Positions 1-9,369 of a stretch of DNA of 64,000 nucleotides are shown one piece after another (the first letter of the stretch is position 1; every line of letters begins with the position of its first letter). Position numbers and translations under genes: made by a program. The stretch is from an uncultured Solirubrobacterales bacterium (lineage in GTDB: Bacteria; Actinomycetota; Thermoleophilia; Solirubrobacterales; 70-9). Below the pieces are notes generated by a model. That model saw only the letters and a list, made by a program, of their open reading frames with translations. It had not been told where the DNA came from and made no database searches. The DNA lies in the NCBI GenBank assembly GCA_963837735.1, contig CAWIOM010000010.1:210917-274916 (forward strand), read 5' to 3'.

Positions 1-292
1 CGGCTCGGCGACGTCGCTGCGCAGGCTGGTCGGCGCGGTGCTCGAGTACGAGACCCTGGAGCGCGGGGTGCGGGTGCTGTGCGGCGACCCGGCGGCGGAG
101 GTCGCCCGGCGCTTCGAGCTCGACCCCGAAAGGGTCCGCATCCTCGCCACCGGCGTGCTGCTGCTCGAGAAGCTCTCCGAGTTGCTCGGCCAGCCGCTGC
201 AGATCGGCAAGGGCGGGTTGCGCGAGGGGGTCATCCTCGACCTCCTCAACGGCAGCGCCAACGGCTCCTCGCCGGAGCGAATGGCCGCCTAG
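1..292 (+). CDS. ppx: Ppx/GppA-family exopolyphosphatase, C-terminal fragment (5' end upstream of window)
   Basis: Frame is open from the window edge to TAG at 290-292. The tail ...RILATGVLLLEKLSELLGQPLQIGKGGLREGVILDLL resembles the C-terminal region of Ppx/GppA phosphatases. Neighbours are CHAD and ppk1. Confidence 0.55.
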   Translation, partial: GSATSLRRLVGAVLEYETLERGVRVLCGDPAAEVARRFELDPERVRILATGVLLLEKLSELLGQPLQIGKGGLREGVILDLLNGSANGSSPERMAA

Positions 293-333
293 GCGCTTTT
301 CCCTGGAAACGGACGATCATCTAGCCTCCATCC

Positions 334-1235
334 GTGGCGCGCGCCCGCGAAGTGCCGGGGTTGGACCCCGAGGAGAGGTTCGACCAGGCGGCCGCCCGGG
401 TCGTCGAGGCCCGCGCGGCCGAGGTCTTCGAGCACTCGGCCGGCGTGCTCGACCTCGACGACGTCGAGCCGGTCCACGACATGCGGGTCGCGACCAGGCG
501 CCTGCGGGCGGCGCTGGAGATGTTCCGGCCCTGCTTTCCACGCAAGCGCTACCGGGCGGCTCTGAAGCCGCTGAAGGAGCTCGCCGACGCGCTCGGCGAG
601 CGCCGCGACCGCGACGTCTCGATCGAGCTCCTGGGGGCGTTCCTCGGCGAGACCCCGGCCGCCGACCGCGGACGCCTCGAGATCCTCGTCGCCAGGCTTC
701 GCGCCGAGCAGCTCGCCGCCAACGAGGAGCTCGCGGGCTTTCTCACCAAGGAGCGTCTCGGCTCGTTGCGGGGCGCCCTCGAGGACCTGGTCGAGGGGGC
801 GCGGCGGTGAAGGCGCGCAAGGTGAGGGGGCTGAAGCGCGGCCGGCCGCTGCGCCGGAACCTCGGGCGGATCGTCACCACCCGGCTCGATGAGATGCGCG
901 AGCTCGCCGAGCGGGCGGTCGACCCCTGTGCGGAGACCGCGCAGCACGACATGCGGATCGCCGCCAAGCGGCTGCGCTACGCGCTCGAGATCGCCGAGGC
1001 CTGCTTCGGGGTGGCTGCCGCCGACGGGCGTCGCGTCGCGAGGGAGCTGCAGGGCGTCCTCGGGGAAATCCACGACTGCGACGTGATGTTGCCAAAGGTC
1101 GAGGGGATCGACTCCCTGGAGGCCTCCCTGCGGGCGAGGCGCGAGCTGCTCTTCGCCCGCTTCGGCGAGCTCTGGGCCGCACAGGAGACCCAGAGGGCGC
1201 TGGAGGCGCTCAGCCGCGCCTGCCGAGCCGCCTGA
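334..1235 (+). pseudogene. CHAD-domain protein, split as sequenced into ORFs 334-810 and 807-1235 (probable frameshift)
   Basis: ORF1 carries HDMRVATRRLRAALEMF...LGERRDRDV and ORF2 carries HDMRIAAKRLRYALEIAE...LGEIHDCDV. Together these are the two halves of one canonical CHAD domain. The frames differ by one nt at a G5 run (795-799). A GTGA overlap at 807-810 is an alternative explanation (coupled split genes). Confidence 0.6.
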
Positions 1236-1695
1236 GCGCCTCGCCCTCGAGGCGCAGCATCTGCCACTCCTCCAGGCGCCGGGCGCCGAGCCCGTCGTAG
1301 AAGCCGAGCGCCAGCTCGTTCCAGTTCAGCGCCGCCCATTCGACCCGGGGGAAGCCGCGCTCGACCGCGAGCGCCGCGACGCGCTCGAACAGCGCCCGCC
1401 CGATCCCCGCCGCGCGGCGCTCGGGCCGCACGAAGATGTCCTCGATCCAGATCCCGCCCCTGCACTCGAAGCTCGAGAAGGTGCCGCAGAGGATCGCGTA
1501 GCCGACCGCCTCGCCGCCGAGCTCGGCGAGCAGCGCCTCGGCCGTCCGCGCCTCGAACAGCGAGTGGGCCAGCACCTCGGGGTCGCCGCTGACCTCGTCG
1601 CTCAGTTTCTCGTAGGCGGCCAGCTCGAGGATCAACCCGAAGAGCGTCTCGACGTCCTCCTCGGTCACCGCTCTGATCGTCAGCTCGCCGGCCAT
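1210..1695 (-). CDS. GNAT-family N-acetyltransferase (diamine acetyltransferase-like)
   Basis: ORF 1210-1743. The likely start is Met at 1693-1695 (MAGELTIRAVTEED...). Acetyl-CoA binding region is IFVRPERRAAGIGRALF. Confidence 0.7.
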   Translation of the reverse strand: MAGELTIRAVTEEDVETLFGLILELAAYEKLSDEVSGDPEVLAHSLFEARTAEALLAELGGEAVGYAILCGTFSSFECRGGIWIEDIFVRPERRAAGIGRALFERVAALAVERGFPRVEWAALNWNELALGFYDGLGARRLEEWQMLRLEGEALRRLGRRG

Positions 1696-1806
1696 CAGGG
1701 CACGGTACACAGGATCTTCACGGCGCCTTCCCCGGCGGTTCACAAGTTTTCCCTGCTAATAGCGAATTCTTCAGTGGAAGAGAAGAACGAGATCAGGGAG
1801 ACGCCG

Positions 1807-4071
1807 ATGACTTCCCGAGTTGACATGCACTGCCATTCCACCGCTTCGCAGCTCTCGCGGCTCGGGGTACAGCGGAGCCTCGGGCTGCCCGAGTGCGCGA
1901 CGCCGCCCGATCAGGTCTACGAGCTGGCCAGGCGCCGGGGGATGGACTTCGTGACGATCACCGACCACGACACGATCGACGGCTGCCTGGAGCTGGCGGA
2001 CCGTCCCGACTGCTTCGTCTCCGAGGAGCTGACCGCCCGCTTTGCCGGCGAGGCCCAGGCGGTACACGTCCTCTGTTACGGGATCACTCCCGGGGACCAT
2101 GAGTGGCTGCAGGCGAACTCCGGCGACGTCGAGGCCTGCGCCGCATACCTCCACGAGAACGAGATCGCCTCTGCGCTCGCGCACCCGTTCTACAACGTCG
2201 AGGCGCCGCTCACCCGGCGCCACCGCCGCCGCCTGGCGGAGCTCTTCCCGGTCTGGGAGGTCCGCAACGGATCCCGCGCCGCGGAGCTCAACATGCCGGC
2301 GGTCATCTACATCGAGACCCACGGCGGCACCGGCATCGGCGGCTCCGACGATCACGCCGGCGTGGACATCGGCCGCACCTTCACCGAGGGGCCGGCCGCG
2401 TCTACGCCGGAAGAGTTTCTGCGCCGGCTCCGCGAAGGCCGGGCCGATCCCGGCGGCGAGCAGGGTAGCGCCGCCAAGTGGGCGCACGCCGCGATGGCGC
2501 TGGCGACCCGGGCCCTGGCACCCGACGGTGCGAGCGGGGGGGAGGGCGCGCCCGACCCCGCCGCGGTCCTGAAGATGGCCCAGCGGGTGATCGGAGAGGG
2601 CGCCGCCCGCGAGGGCAGGGTCGCCGCCGACATCGGCCCCGACGACGCCCGCACGCTGCTCGAGGCCTGGCTGGGCTCGGTCGGCGTCGAGCAGCGCGGC
2701 CGCGAGCTGATCGAGTACATGCAGGCGGACGGCTTCGCCCACGCCGACCTCTACCGCCGCGCCCGGCGCACCCACGAGCGGCGGCTCCGGGCCGCCGTCG
2801 AGCAGGGCGGGGCGGCGGCGTCCGCCGGTGACCTCGGCGCCGCCTTCGGCGGCCTCTTCGAGGCGATCCTGCCGGCCGTCCCCTACGCGCCCGCCACCGC
2901 CTTCCTCGGCGCCGAGAAGGCGAAGCTCGCCGGCGCCGGCGAGCGGCCCCGGGTGGCGCTGATAGCCGACGGGATCGAGGCGATGCACGGCGTCACGCGG
3001 ACGATCGAGCAGATCCGCGAGCGCGGCGTCCCCGGCTTCGACGTCGAGGTCGTCGGCACCGACCCGGGGGTCGACCGCAGGCTGCCGGCCGCAGCCGACC
3101 TCGAGGTGCCGTTCTACGACGGAATGCGGCTCGGGGTTCCCGGCCTCCCCGATCTGGTCGAGACCCTGGCCGAGGGTCGCTACGACCTCGTCCACGTCAC
3201 CGCGCCGGGCCCGGCGGGCGTCGCCGCGACCCTGCTCGGCAGGGTGACCGGGATGCCGCTGGTCGGCAGCTACCACACCGAGCTGGGTGCCTACGCCGGC
3301 ATGCGCAGCGGCGAGGCCGGCATCGAGGCGATGGCGCGGCTGGCGCTCGGCGCCTTCTACGGGGCGCCCTCCGTGGTCCTCTCGCCGAGCCCGTCAGCCG
3401 ACCGCTCGCTGGTCGCCCTCGGCACGGACCCGGCCCGGATCGGCCGCTGGGAGCGCGGCGTCGACGTTTCCCGGTTCGATCCCGGTATGGCCGACCGCGA
3501 TGCCTTCCCGGGCGAGATCAAGGTCCTCTACGCCGGGCGCCTGACCCGCGAGAAGGGGGTCGATCTGCTCGCCGAGAGCTTCGTCCGTGCCCAGACCGTC
3601 GACCCGCGCCTGCACCTGCTGCTCGCCGGCGGCGGGCCGGAGGAGGAGGAGCTGAGGGCGAAGCTCGGAGAGCGCGCCACCCTCCTCGGCTGGCTCGACG
3701 GCGAGGACCTGGCCCGCGCCTACGCCAGCGCCGACCTCTTCCTCTTCTGTTCGCGCACGGACACCTACGGCCAGGTCGTCGTCGAGGCCGGGGCAAGCGG
3801 CCTGCCCGTGGTCGCCGTCGCCGAGGGCGGCCCCGCCTCGCTGATCGAGAACCGCCACACGGGGATGCTCTGCAAGCCCGATGCCGACCACATCGCCGGC
3901 ACCGTCCTGCAGCTCGCCTCATCGCCGCTGCTGCGCCGGCACCTGGGCGCCTCGGCCCTGCGCGCCGCCCGCCGGCGCACCTGGGAGGGGGCGCTCGAGC
4001 AGCTCGCCCGCGGCTACCGGCGGGCGCTCGAGCCGGGCGCCGGGCGAAAAGAATCAACCCGCGCAGCCTGA
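1807..4071 (+). CDS. PHP-domain phosphoesterase fused to GT4-family (GT-B) glycosyltransferase
   Basis: ATG at 1807 lies inside ORF 1564-4071. The N-terminus has PHP signatures (VDMHCHSTAS, VTITDHDTIDG, GGSDDHAG). The C-terminus has GT4 signatures (YAGRLTREKGVDLL, TDTYGQVVVEAGASGLPVVA). The gene ends 9 nt before ppk1. Confidence 0.8.
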   Translation: MTSRVDMHCHSTASQLSRLGVQRSLGLPECATPPDQVYELARRRGMDFVTITDHDTIDGCLELADRPDCFVSEELTARFAGEAQAVHVLCYGITPGDHEWLQANSGDVEACAAYLHENEIASALAHPFYNVEAPLTRRHRRRLAELFPVWEVRNGSRAAELNMPAVIYIETHGGTGIGGSDDHAGVDIGRTFTEGPAASTPEEFLRRLREGRADPGGEQGSAAKWAHAAMALATRALAPDGASGGEGAPDPAAVLKMAQRVIGEGAAREGRVAADIGPDDARTLLEAWLGSVGVEQRGRELIEYMQADGFAHADLYRRARRTHERRLRAAVEQGGAAASAGDLGAAFGGLFEAILPAVPYAPATAFLGAEKAKLAGAGERPRVALIADGIEAMHGVTRTIEQIRERGVPGFDVEVVGTDPGVDRRLPAAADLEVPFYDGMRLGVPGLPDLVETLAEGRYDLVHVTAPGPAGVAATLLGRVTGMPLVGSYHTELGAYAGMRSGEAGIEAMARLALGAFYGAPSVVLSPSPSADRSLVALGTDPARIGRWERGVDVSRFDPGMADRDAFPGEIKVLYAGRLTREKGVDLLAESFVRAQTVDPRLHLLLAGGGPEEEELRAKLGERATLLGWLDGEDLARAYASADLFLFCSRTDTYGQVVVEAGASGLPVVAVAEGGPASLIENRHTGMLCKPDADHIAGTVLQLASSPLLRRHLGASALRAARRRTWEGALEQLARGYRRALEPGAGRKESTRAA

Positions 4072-4079
4072 GCGAGGGG

Positions 4080-6191
4080 ATGGCCAATTCGCCGGGGTAC
4101 GATTGCCCGATCGACGATCCGGCCCTCTACTTCAACCGCGAGCTCTCCTGGCTCGACTTCAACCAGCGCGTCCTCGAGCTCGCCGAGGACCCCTCCGTTC
4201 CGCTGCTCGAACGGCTGCGCTTCTGCGCGATCTATGCCTCCAACCTCGACGAGTTCTTCATGGTCAGGGTCGCCGGGCTCTTCGACCAGCTCGACGCCGG
4301 GATCGACGCCCGCGGCCCCGACGGTCTGGCTCCCGGGGAGCAGATCGACGCCATCCAGGCCCGGGTCCTGGAGCTCGACCGGCGCCTGCACCGCTGCTTC
4401 GACGGCGTGCTGCGGCCCGCTCTCGCCGAGGAGGAGATCAGGATCGTCTCGCTCGACTCCGCGACCGAGCAGGAGCGGCGAGAAATCGACAGCCGCTTCC
4501 ACGAGCAGGTCTTCCCGGCGCTGACGCCGCTGGTGATCGGGCTCGGCCGGCCGTTTCCCTACATCTCGAACCTCTCGCTCAGCCTCGGCGTCCTGCTTCG
4601 CGACCCCGAGAGCGGCACCGAGATCATCGCCCGCGTCAAGGTGCCGAAGGAGCTGCTCGGCCGCTTCATGCCGCTCGGCGAGGAAGGCACCGACTTCGTC
4701 CCGTTGGAGGAGGCGATCGCGGGCAACCTCGACGCCCTGTTCCCCGGCACCGAGGTCGTCGATTACGGATATTTCCGCGTCACCCGCGACGCCGACTTCA
4801 ACATCTCCGACGAGGCCGACGATCTCCTCCAGGCGGTCCAGGACGAGATCCGCCGCCGCCGCTTCGGCGAGGTCGTGCGGCTCGAGATCGCCGCCGGGAT
4901 GAACCCGAAGCTGCGCGAGCAGCTGATCGACGCGCTGCGCCTCGAGGAGCGCGAGGTCTACGACGTCGACGGGCTGATCGACCTCGGCGACCTCGGCAAC
5001 GTCGCCGACGTCCCCGGGCACGGCGAGCTTCGGTACCAGCCCTGGACCCCGGTCACTCAGGCGCGCCTGCAGGGCGAGGACGAGGAGCCGGTCGACATCT
5101 TCGCCGCCATCCGCCAGGGGGACATTCTCGTCCATCACCCGTACGACTCCTTTGCGAGCTCGGTCGAGCGCTTCGTCGAGCAGGCGGTCGCCGACCCCGA
5201 CGTGCTGGCGATCAAGCAGACGGTCTACCGGACGAGCGACGACTCGGCGCTGGTCCCGTCGCTGATCCGCGCCTCCGAACGCGGCAAGCAGGCGGTCTGC
5301 ATGGTCGAGCTCAAAGCCCGCTTCGACGAGGAGGCCAACATCCACTGGGCCAAGTCCCTGGAGGAGGCCGGGGTCCACGTCGTCTACGGCATCCCCGGGC
5401 TCAAGACCCACGTCAAGTCGATCCTCGTCGCCCGCCGCGAGGGCGACAGGGTGCGCGAGTACGTCCACGTCGGGACCGGCAACTACAACCCGAAGACGGC
5501 CCGTCTCTACACCGACTTCGGGCTCTTCACCGCCGACCCGGAAATAGGCGCCGACGTCGCCGAGATGTTCAACTTCCTGACCGGGTACGGCCGCCCGGCC
5601 GAGTACCGCAAGATGCTCGTCTCGCCGACGACGATGCGCGACCGGGTGATCGAGGAGATCGAGGCGACCGTCGACGCCCACCGGGCCGGCGAGGAGGCGC
5701 GGATCGCCCTGAAGATGAACTCGCTCGTCGACGCCCGCTGCATCCAGGCCCTGTACGAGGCCTCGCGGGCGGGCGTCCGCGTCGACCTCAACGTGCGAGG
5801 CATCTGCTGTCTGCGGCCCGGAGTGGCGGGGATCTCGGAGAACATCCGGGTCGTCTCGATCGTCGGCCGCTTCCTCGAGCACTCGCGCGTCTACGCCTTC
5901 CAGCGCGGCGAGGAATCGAGCGTCTTCATGGGCTCGGCCGACCTGATGCCGCGCAACCTCGACAGCAGGGTCGAGCTGGTCGCGCCGGTCGAGGACCCCG
6001 ATCTGCGGGCCGACCTGCTCGACGTGCTCGAGCGCTGCTTCGCCGACAATGTCAACTCCTGGCTGCTCGACGCGAACGGCGTCTGGAGCCGGGTCGGGGT
6101 CGGCGAAGCGGAGCCGCGCAGCGTCCAGGAGGAGATGCGCGAGCGGCACCTGGCGCGCGCCGCCGAGCACCTCGCGGCCGCCGCGGGCTGA
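4080..6191 (+). CDS. ppk: polyphosphate kinase 1
   Basis: Uninterrupted 703-aa ORF. The N-terminus YFNRELSWLDFNQRVLELAED and the whole length are typical of PPK1. Confidence 0.95.
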   Translation: MANSPGYDCPIDDPALYFNRELSWLDFNQRVLELAEDPSVPLLERLRFCAIYASNLDEFFMVRVAGLFDQLDAGIDARGPDGLAPGEQIDAIQARVLELDRRLHRCFDGVLRPALAEEEIRIVSLDSATEQERREIDSRFHEQVFPALTPLVIGLGRPFPYISNLSLSLGVLLRDPESGTEIIARVKVPKELLGRFMPLGEEGTDFVPLEEAIAGNLDALFPGTEVVDYGYFRVTRDADFNISDEADDLLQAVQDEIRRRRFGEVVRLEIAAGMNPKLREQLIDALRLEEREVYDVDGLIDLGDLGNVADVPGHGELRYQPWTPVTQARLQGEDEEPVDIFAAIRQGDILVHHPYDSFASSVERFVEQAVADPDVLAIKQTVYRTSDDSALVPSLIRASERGKQAVCMVELKARFDEEANIHWAKSLEEAGVHVVYGIPGLKTHVKSILVARREGDRVREYVHVGTGNYNPKTARLYTDFGLFTADPEIGADVAEMFNFLTGYGRPAEYRKMLVSPTTMRDRVIEEIEATVDAHRAGEEARIALKMNSLVDARCIQALYEASRAGVRVDLNVRGICCLRPGVAGISENIRVVSIVGRFLEHSRVYAFQRGEESSVFMGSADLMPRNLDSRVELVAPVEDPDLRADLLDVLERCFADNVNSWLLDANGVWSRVGVGEAEPRSVQEEMRERHLARAAEHLAAAAG

Positions 6192-6217
6192 CGCTCGCGC
6201 CCGGGCCTATCACTAGG

Positions 6218-6850
6218 ATGGCGCCGATGCCGCGCCTTTCGCTACTGCCCCGGGACGACGGCTTCTTCGAGCTCTTCAGCGAGGCTGGCCAGAACACTCT
6301 GCATGCCGCGCGCCTGCTCGACGGAGATGATGGGCACCTGGCCCGACGATGCCGGTCTCGGCCGGGAGATCCTCAAGGCCGAGCAGGAGGGCGACAGGAT
6401 CACCCACGACATCATCCAGCGGCTCAACTCGACCTTCGTCACGCCGATCGACCGCGAGGACATCTACGGCCTCGCCACCCAGATGGACGACATCGTCGAC
6501 TACACCGAGGAGGCCGCCGACTTCCTCGCCCTCTACAAGATCGAGGCGCCGATGTCGCAGGCCCAGGACCTGACCGAGGTTCTGGTCAAGTCCTGCGAGC
6601 AGCTCGCCGAGGGGCTCGAGCACCTGCCGGACTTCAAGGGGCCTCGACAAGTACTGGATCGAGATCCACCGGCTCGAGAACGACGGCGACCGGATCTCCC
6701 GCGACGCGGTCGCCTCGCTCTTCTCCAACGGGATCGACCCGATGGTCGTGATCCGCTGGAAGGACATGTTCGCCGTGCTGGAGAACGCGATCGACGCCAC
6801 CGAGACCGCGGCCCAGATCCTCGAGGGCATCGTCATCAAGAACTGCGTGA
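6218..6850 (+). pseudogene. DUF47/PhoU-like phosphate-transport regulator (YkaA-type), frameshifted as sequenced
   Basis: A family-typical sequence is spread over three frames. Segment 1: MAPMPRLSLLPRDDGFFELFSEAGQNTLHAARLLD. Segment 2: EMMGTWPDD...AEQEGDRITHDIIQRLNSTFVTPIDREDIYGLATQMDDIVDYTEEAADF. Segment 3: LDKYWIEIHRLENDGDRISRDAV...ILEGIVIKN. Junctions are near 6321 and at the GGGG run 6638-6641. Confidence 0.7.
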
Positions 6851-7952
6851 GCTCGGACGTCATCATGGGCATCGTCGATCGCGCGGCGCTCGGCTTCGGA
6901 CTTCACCAACGGGTTCCACGACACCTGCGAACGTGATCTCGACCGTCGGTCTCGACCGGCGCGGCGCCGCCGCAGATGGCGATCGCGGTCGCGTCGATGC
7001 TCAACTTCGTCGGCGCCTTCATCTCGATCGCGGTCGCGGCGACGGTCGCCACGACGTCGTCGACGCGGGCGCGATCACCCCGACGGTCGTCTTTGCCGGG
7101 CTGGTCGGGGCGATCGCCTGGAACCTGATCGACCTGGTACTTCGGCCTCCCGTCGAGCTCTTCGCACGCGCTGATCGGCGGCGTGGTCGGCGCGGCCGTG
7201 GTCGGCCGACGGGACCGACGCGGTGTTCGGCCGAGGCCTGCTCGGCAGCGTCCTGATCCCGGCCCTGCTCGCCCCGCTCGCCGCCTTCGTCGTCGCCGGG
7301 ATGCTCGATCGTCGTCATCTACAGGATCGTCGGCCGCCGCCAGCCGGGTCGCGTGACCCGCGCCTTCCGCTACGGGCAGATCGTCTCCGGGGGCCTCCTG
7401 GCCCTCGCCCACGGCGCCAACGACGCGCAGAAGACGATCGGGGATCATGGCCCTGGCGCTGGTCGCCAACGGCACCCTCGGGCGGCAATGCCGATCCGCC
7501 CACCTGGATGATCGTCTCGGCCGCCGACGGCGATCGCGCTCGGGACCTACAGCGGCGGCTGGCGGATCATGCGCGACCGGCGGACGCGGATCATCAAGAT
7601 GGATGCGGCCCAGGGATTCTCGTCGCAGGGGGCGGGGGCGGCCGTGATCCTGCCTCGACCCATCTTCGGCTTCCCGATCTCGACCACCCACGCGATCAAC
7701 GGCGGCGTGATGGGGGCGGGCGCCGGCAAGCGGGTCTCCGCGGTGCGCTGGGGCGTTGCCGGCAACATCGTCTTCGCCTGGCTGCTGACTCTGCCGGCGG
7801 CGGCGGCGATCGGCGCGGCGACGTACGGGGTGACCGCGATCTTCGGCACGGGGCTTTGGGCCCGGTGCTGGTCAGCCTGCTCGGCCTCTCCGCTGATCGC
7901 CCTCGCCTTTGCCCGCCGCTCCAAGCAGGGGGCGCCGCTCCCGGCGAGCTGA
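6847..7952 (+). pseudogene. pit: PiT-family inorganic phosphate transporter, at least ten frameshifts as sequenced
   Basis: Conserved PiT blocks appear in alternating frames: FTNGFHDT / ANVISTV / MAIAVASMLNFVGAFISIAVAATVA / WYFGLPSSSSHALIGGVVGAAVV / LALAHGANDAQKT / GIMALALVANG / GFPISTTHAINGGVMGAGAGKRVSAVRWGVAGNIVFAWLLTLP. There are no stop codons within the conserved frames. Confidence 0.75.
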
Positions 7953-7983
7953 TGGCGCCCGTGCCTCAAAAACCCCCCGCCTG

Positions 7984-8223
7984 ATGCTCGCCGTCGTCGT
8001 CGAGACCAAGGAGCTGGCGGAGACCGTCGTCGCCTCGATCGTCGGCGGCGTCGGCGTCACCGTGGTCTTCTCGATCGCGATCTGGGGCGTGGCGCGTTTC
8101 GTCGACTTCAGCCGCAACGACCGGCCGCTCGCGGCCGGCGGGGCGGCGGCGGTGACGGTGCTGGCGCTGCTGTCGACGGCGGCCAGCGTCGTCCTCGGCA
8201 TCATCGTCATGACCAGCAAGTAG
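7984..8223 (+). CDS. small membrane protein (2 predicted TM helices), unknown function
   Basis: ATG at 7984 lies inside ORF 7909-8223. Two hydrophobic stretches: VVASIVGGVGVTVVFSIAIWGV and AAAVTVLALLSTAASVVLGIIVM. Confidence 0.4.
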   Translation: MLAVVVETKELAETVVASIVGGVGVTVVFSIAIWGVARFVDFSRNDRPLAAGGAAAVTVLALLSTAASVVLGIIVMTSK

Positions 8224-8253
8224 CGGGCGGCTGGCCGCCCGTAGAATCGACTC

Positions 8254-8616
8254 ATGCTCCGACTGCGAAACCTGCGCAACGCGGCGATCGTCCTGCTGCT
8301 CGCCGCCGCCGTCGCCTTCGCGCCGGCCGGTAGCAACGCGGCCGACGTCGTCCTGACCCTGATCACGATGGCCTTCCTTACCGCGATCGCCTGGACCGTC
8401 TACGTGCTCAGCCGAGAGAACCAGCTGACCCTGGCGACGCTCAGCGACCGGCGGCGGGCGATCCTCTACGGGGCTCTGGGGCTGATCGTGCTGCTGATCG
8501 CAGGCACGGATGAGCTCTTCTCGAGCGGCGGCGGGACGGTCGCCTGGGTCCTCCTGTTCGCCGCCGCGGTCGCCGCGATCTACATGGTCTGGAAAGAAGC
8601 GAACACCTACAGCTGA
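8254..8616 (+). CDS. membrane protein (about 4 TM helices), unknown function
   Basis: 120-aa ORF with four hydrophobic segments and codon usage like its neighbours. Confidence 0.5.
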   Translation: MLRLRNLRNAAIVLLLAAAVAFAPAGSNAADVVLTLITMAFLTAIAWTVYVLSRENQLTLATLSDRRRAILYGALGLIVLLIAGTDELFSSGGGTVAWVLLFAAAVAAIYMVWKEANTYS

Positions 8617-8690
8617 TCCGGGGCGATAAGGCCGCCCGATTGTTCGTTTGAGCGCGCAACCCGTGCGCCCGCTGCTGCCACGGTTGGGCG

Positions 8691-9047
8691 GTGCCGCCGA
8701 GAATTGCCAGAAGCCGCGTTCGGGGGGAGGAGGGGAGCGCCTCCCTGGAGCTCGTCGGCGTGCTGCCCTTTCTGCTCTTGGCGATCCTCGTCGCCGCGCA
8801 GCTGGCGATCGCCGGGGCCTCCCTGTGGTCGGCGAGCGTCGCGGCGCGGGCCGGTGCGCGGGCCTCGCTGGTCGGCGGCGCGGCCGGCGCGGCGGCGCGG
8901 CGCGCCCTGCCGCCCGGCCTGCGGGAGGATGCCCGGGTCGGCGCCGCGGGCGGCGGAGTCGCGGTCGAGGTATCCGTCCCGCGGCTGCTCCCGGGCCTGC
9001 CTGATCTGAACGTAGCCGCGAAGACGAGGCTCGGCCCCGGTGGTTAG
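8691..9047 (+). CDS. TadE-like pilus-assembly (pseudopilin) protein
   Basis: The N-terminus GSASLELVGVLPFLLLAILVAAQLAI matches the TadE/TadG N-terminal motif followed by a TM helix. Confidence 0.6.
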   Translation: MPPRIARSRVRGEEGSASLELVGVLPFLLLAILVAAQLAIAGASLWSASVAARAGARASLVGGAAGAAARRALPPGLREDARVGAAGGGVAVEVSVPRLLPGLPDLNVAAKTRLGPGG

Positions 9048-9369
9048 GGAGCAGGGACAGGCAACCGTCGAGCTCGTCGCCGCCCTGCCGGCGCTGCTGC
9101 TCGCCGGCTACGTCGCCTTCCAGCTGTTGGCGACCGGCTATGCGATGACCCTCGCCGACGGCGCCGCAGAGGCGGGCGCTCTGGCCCTCGCCTCCGGGCG
9201 GCCGGCGCTGCGGGCGGCCCGCGAGGCCCTTCCCGGGTGGGCGGCGGAGGACGCCGATGTCAGCGTGGCCGGCGGCCGGGTCACGGTGCGGCTGCGGCCG
9301 CCGGCCCTTTCCCCGGCGATCGCCGACGGCCTCGCGGTGACCGGGACGGCCTCGGCGAGGCCGCGGTGA
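9040..9369 (+). CDS. TadE-like pilus-assembly (pseudopilin) protein
   Basis: The N-terminus GQATVELVAALPALLLAGYVAFQLL is TadE-like. The gene overlaps the upstream gene by 8 nt. Confidence 0.65.
   Translation: MVREQGQATVELVAALPALLLAGYVAFQLLATGYAMTLADGAAEAGALALASGRPALRAAREALPGWAAEDADVSVAGGRVTVRLRPPALSPAIADGLAVTGTASARPR

Noticed and set aside
1771-3276. Long antisense ORFs opposite well-supported genes. Others are 4014-6170, 19544-21571, 27516-28916, 33225-34637, 43968-46259 and 46655-47824.
   Set aside because: Their composition is low-complexity (R/G/P/A/D-rich). They have no family motifs, and each one mirrors a conserved gene on the other strand.
3881-6751. 956-aa ORF spanning ppk1 in another frame.
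   Set aside because: It is an Arg/Pro/Gly-rich shadow ORF typical of high-GC DNA, and it overlaps the unambiguous ppk1. Only its last ~30 codons (MAPMPRLSLLPRDDGFFELF...) are real, as the DUF47 N-terminus.
6218-7952. Programmed ribosomal frameshifting or recoding as the explanation for the multi-frame DUF47/PiT genes.
   Set aside because: There are too many junctions, in both directions. I saw no slippery heptamers or downstream structures, and the junctions sit on simple G/C runs.
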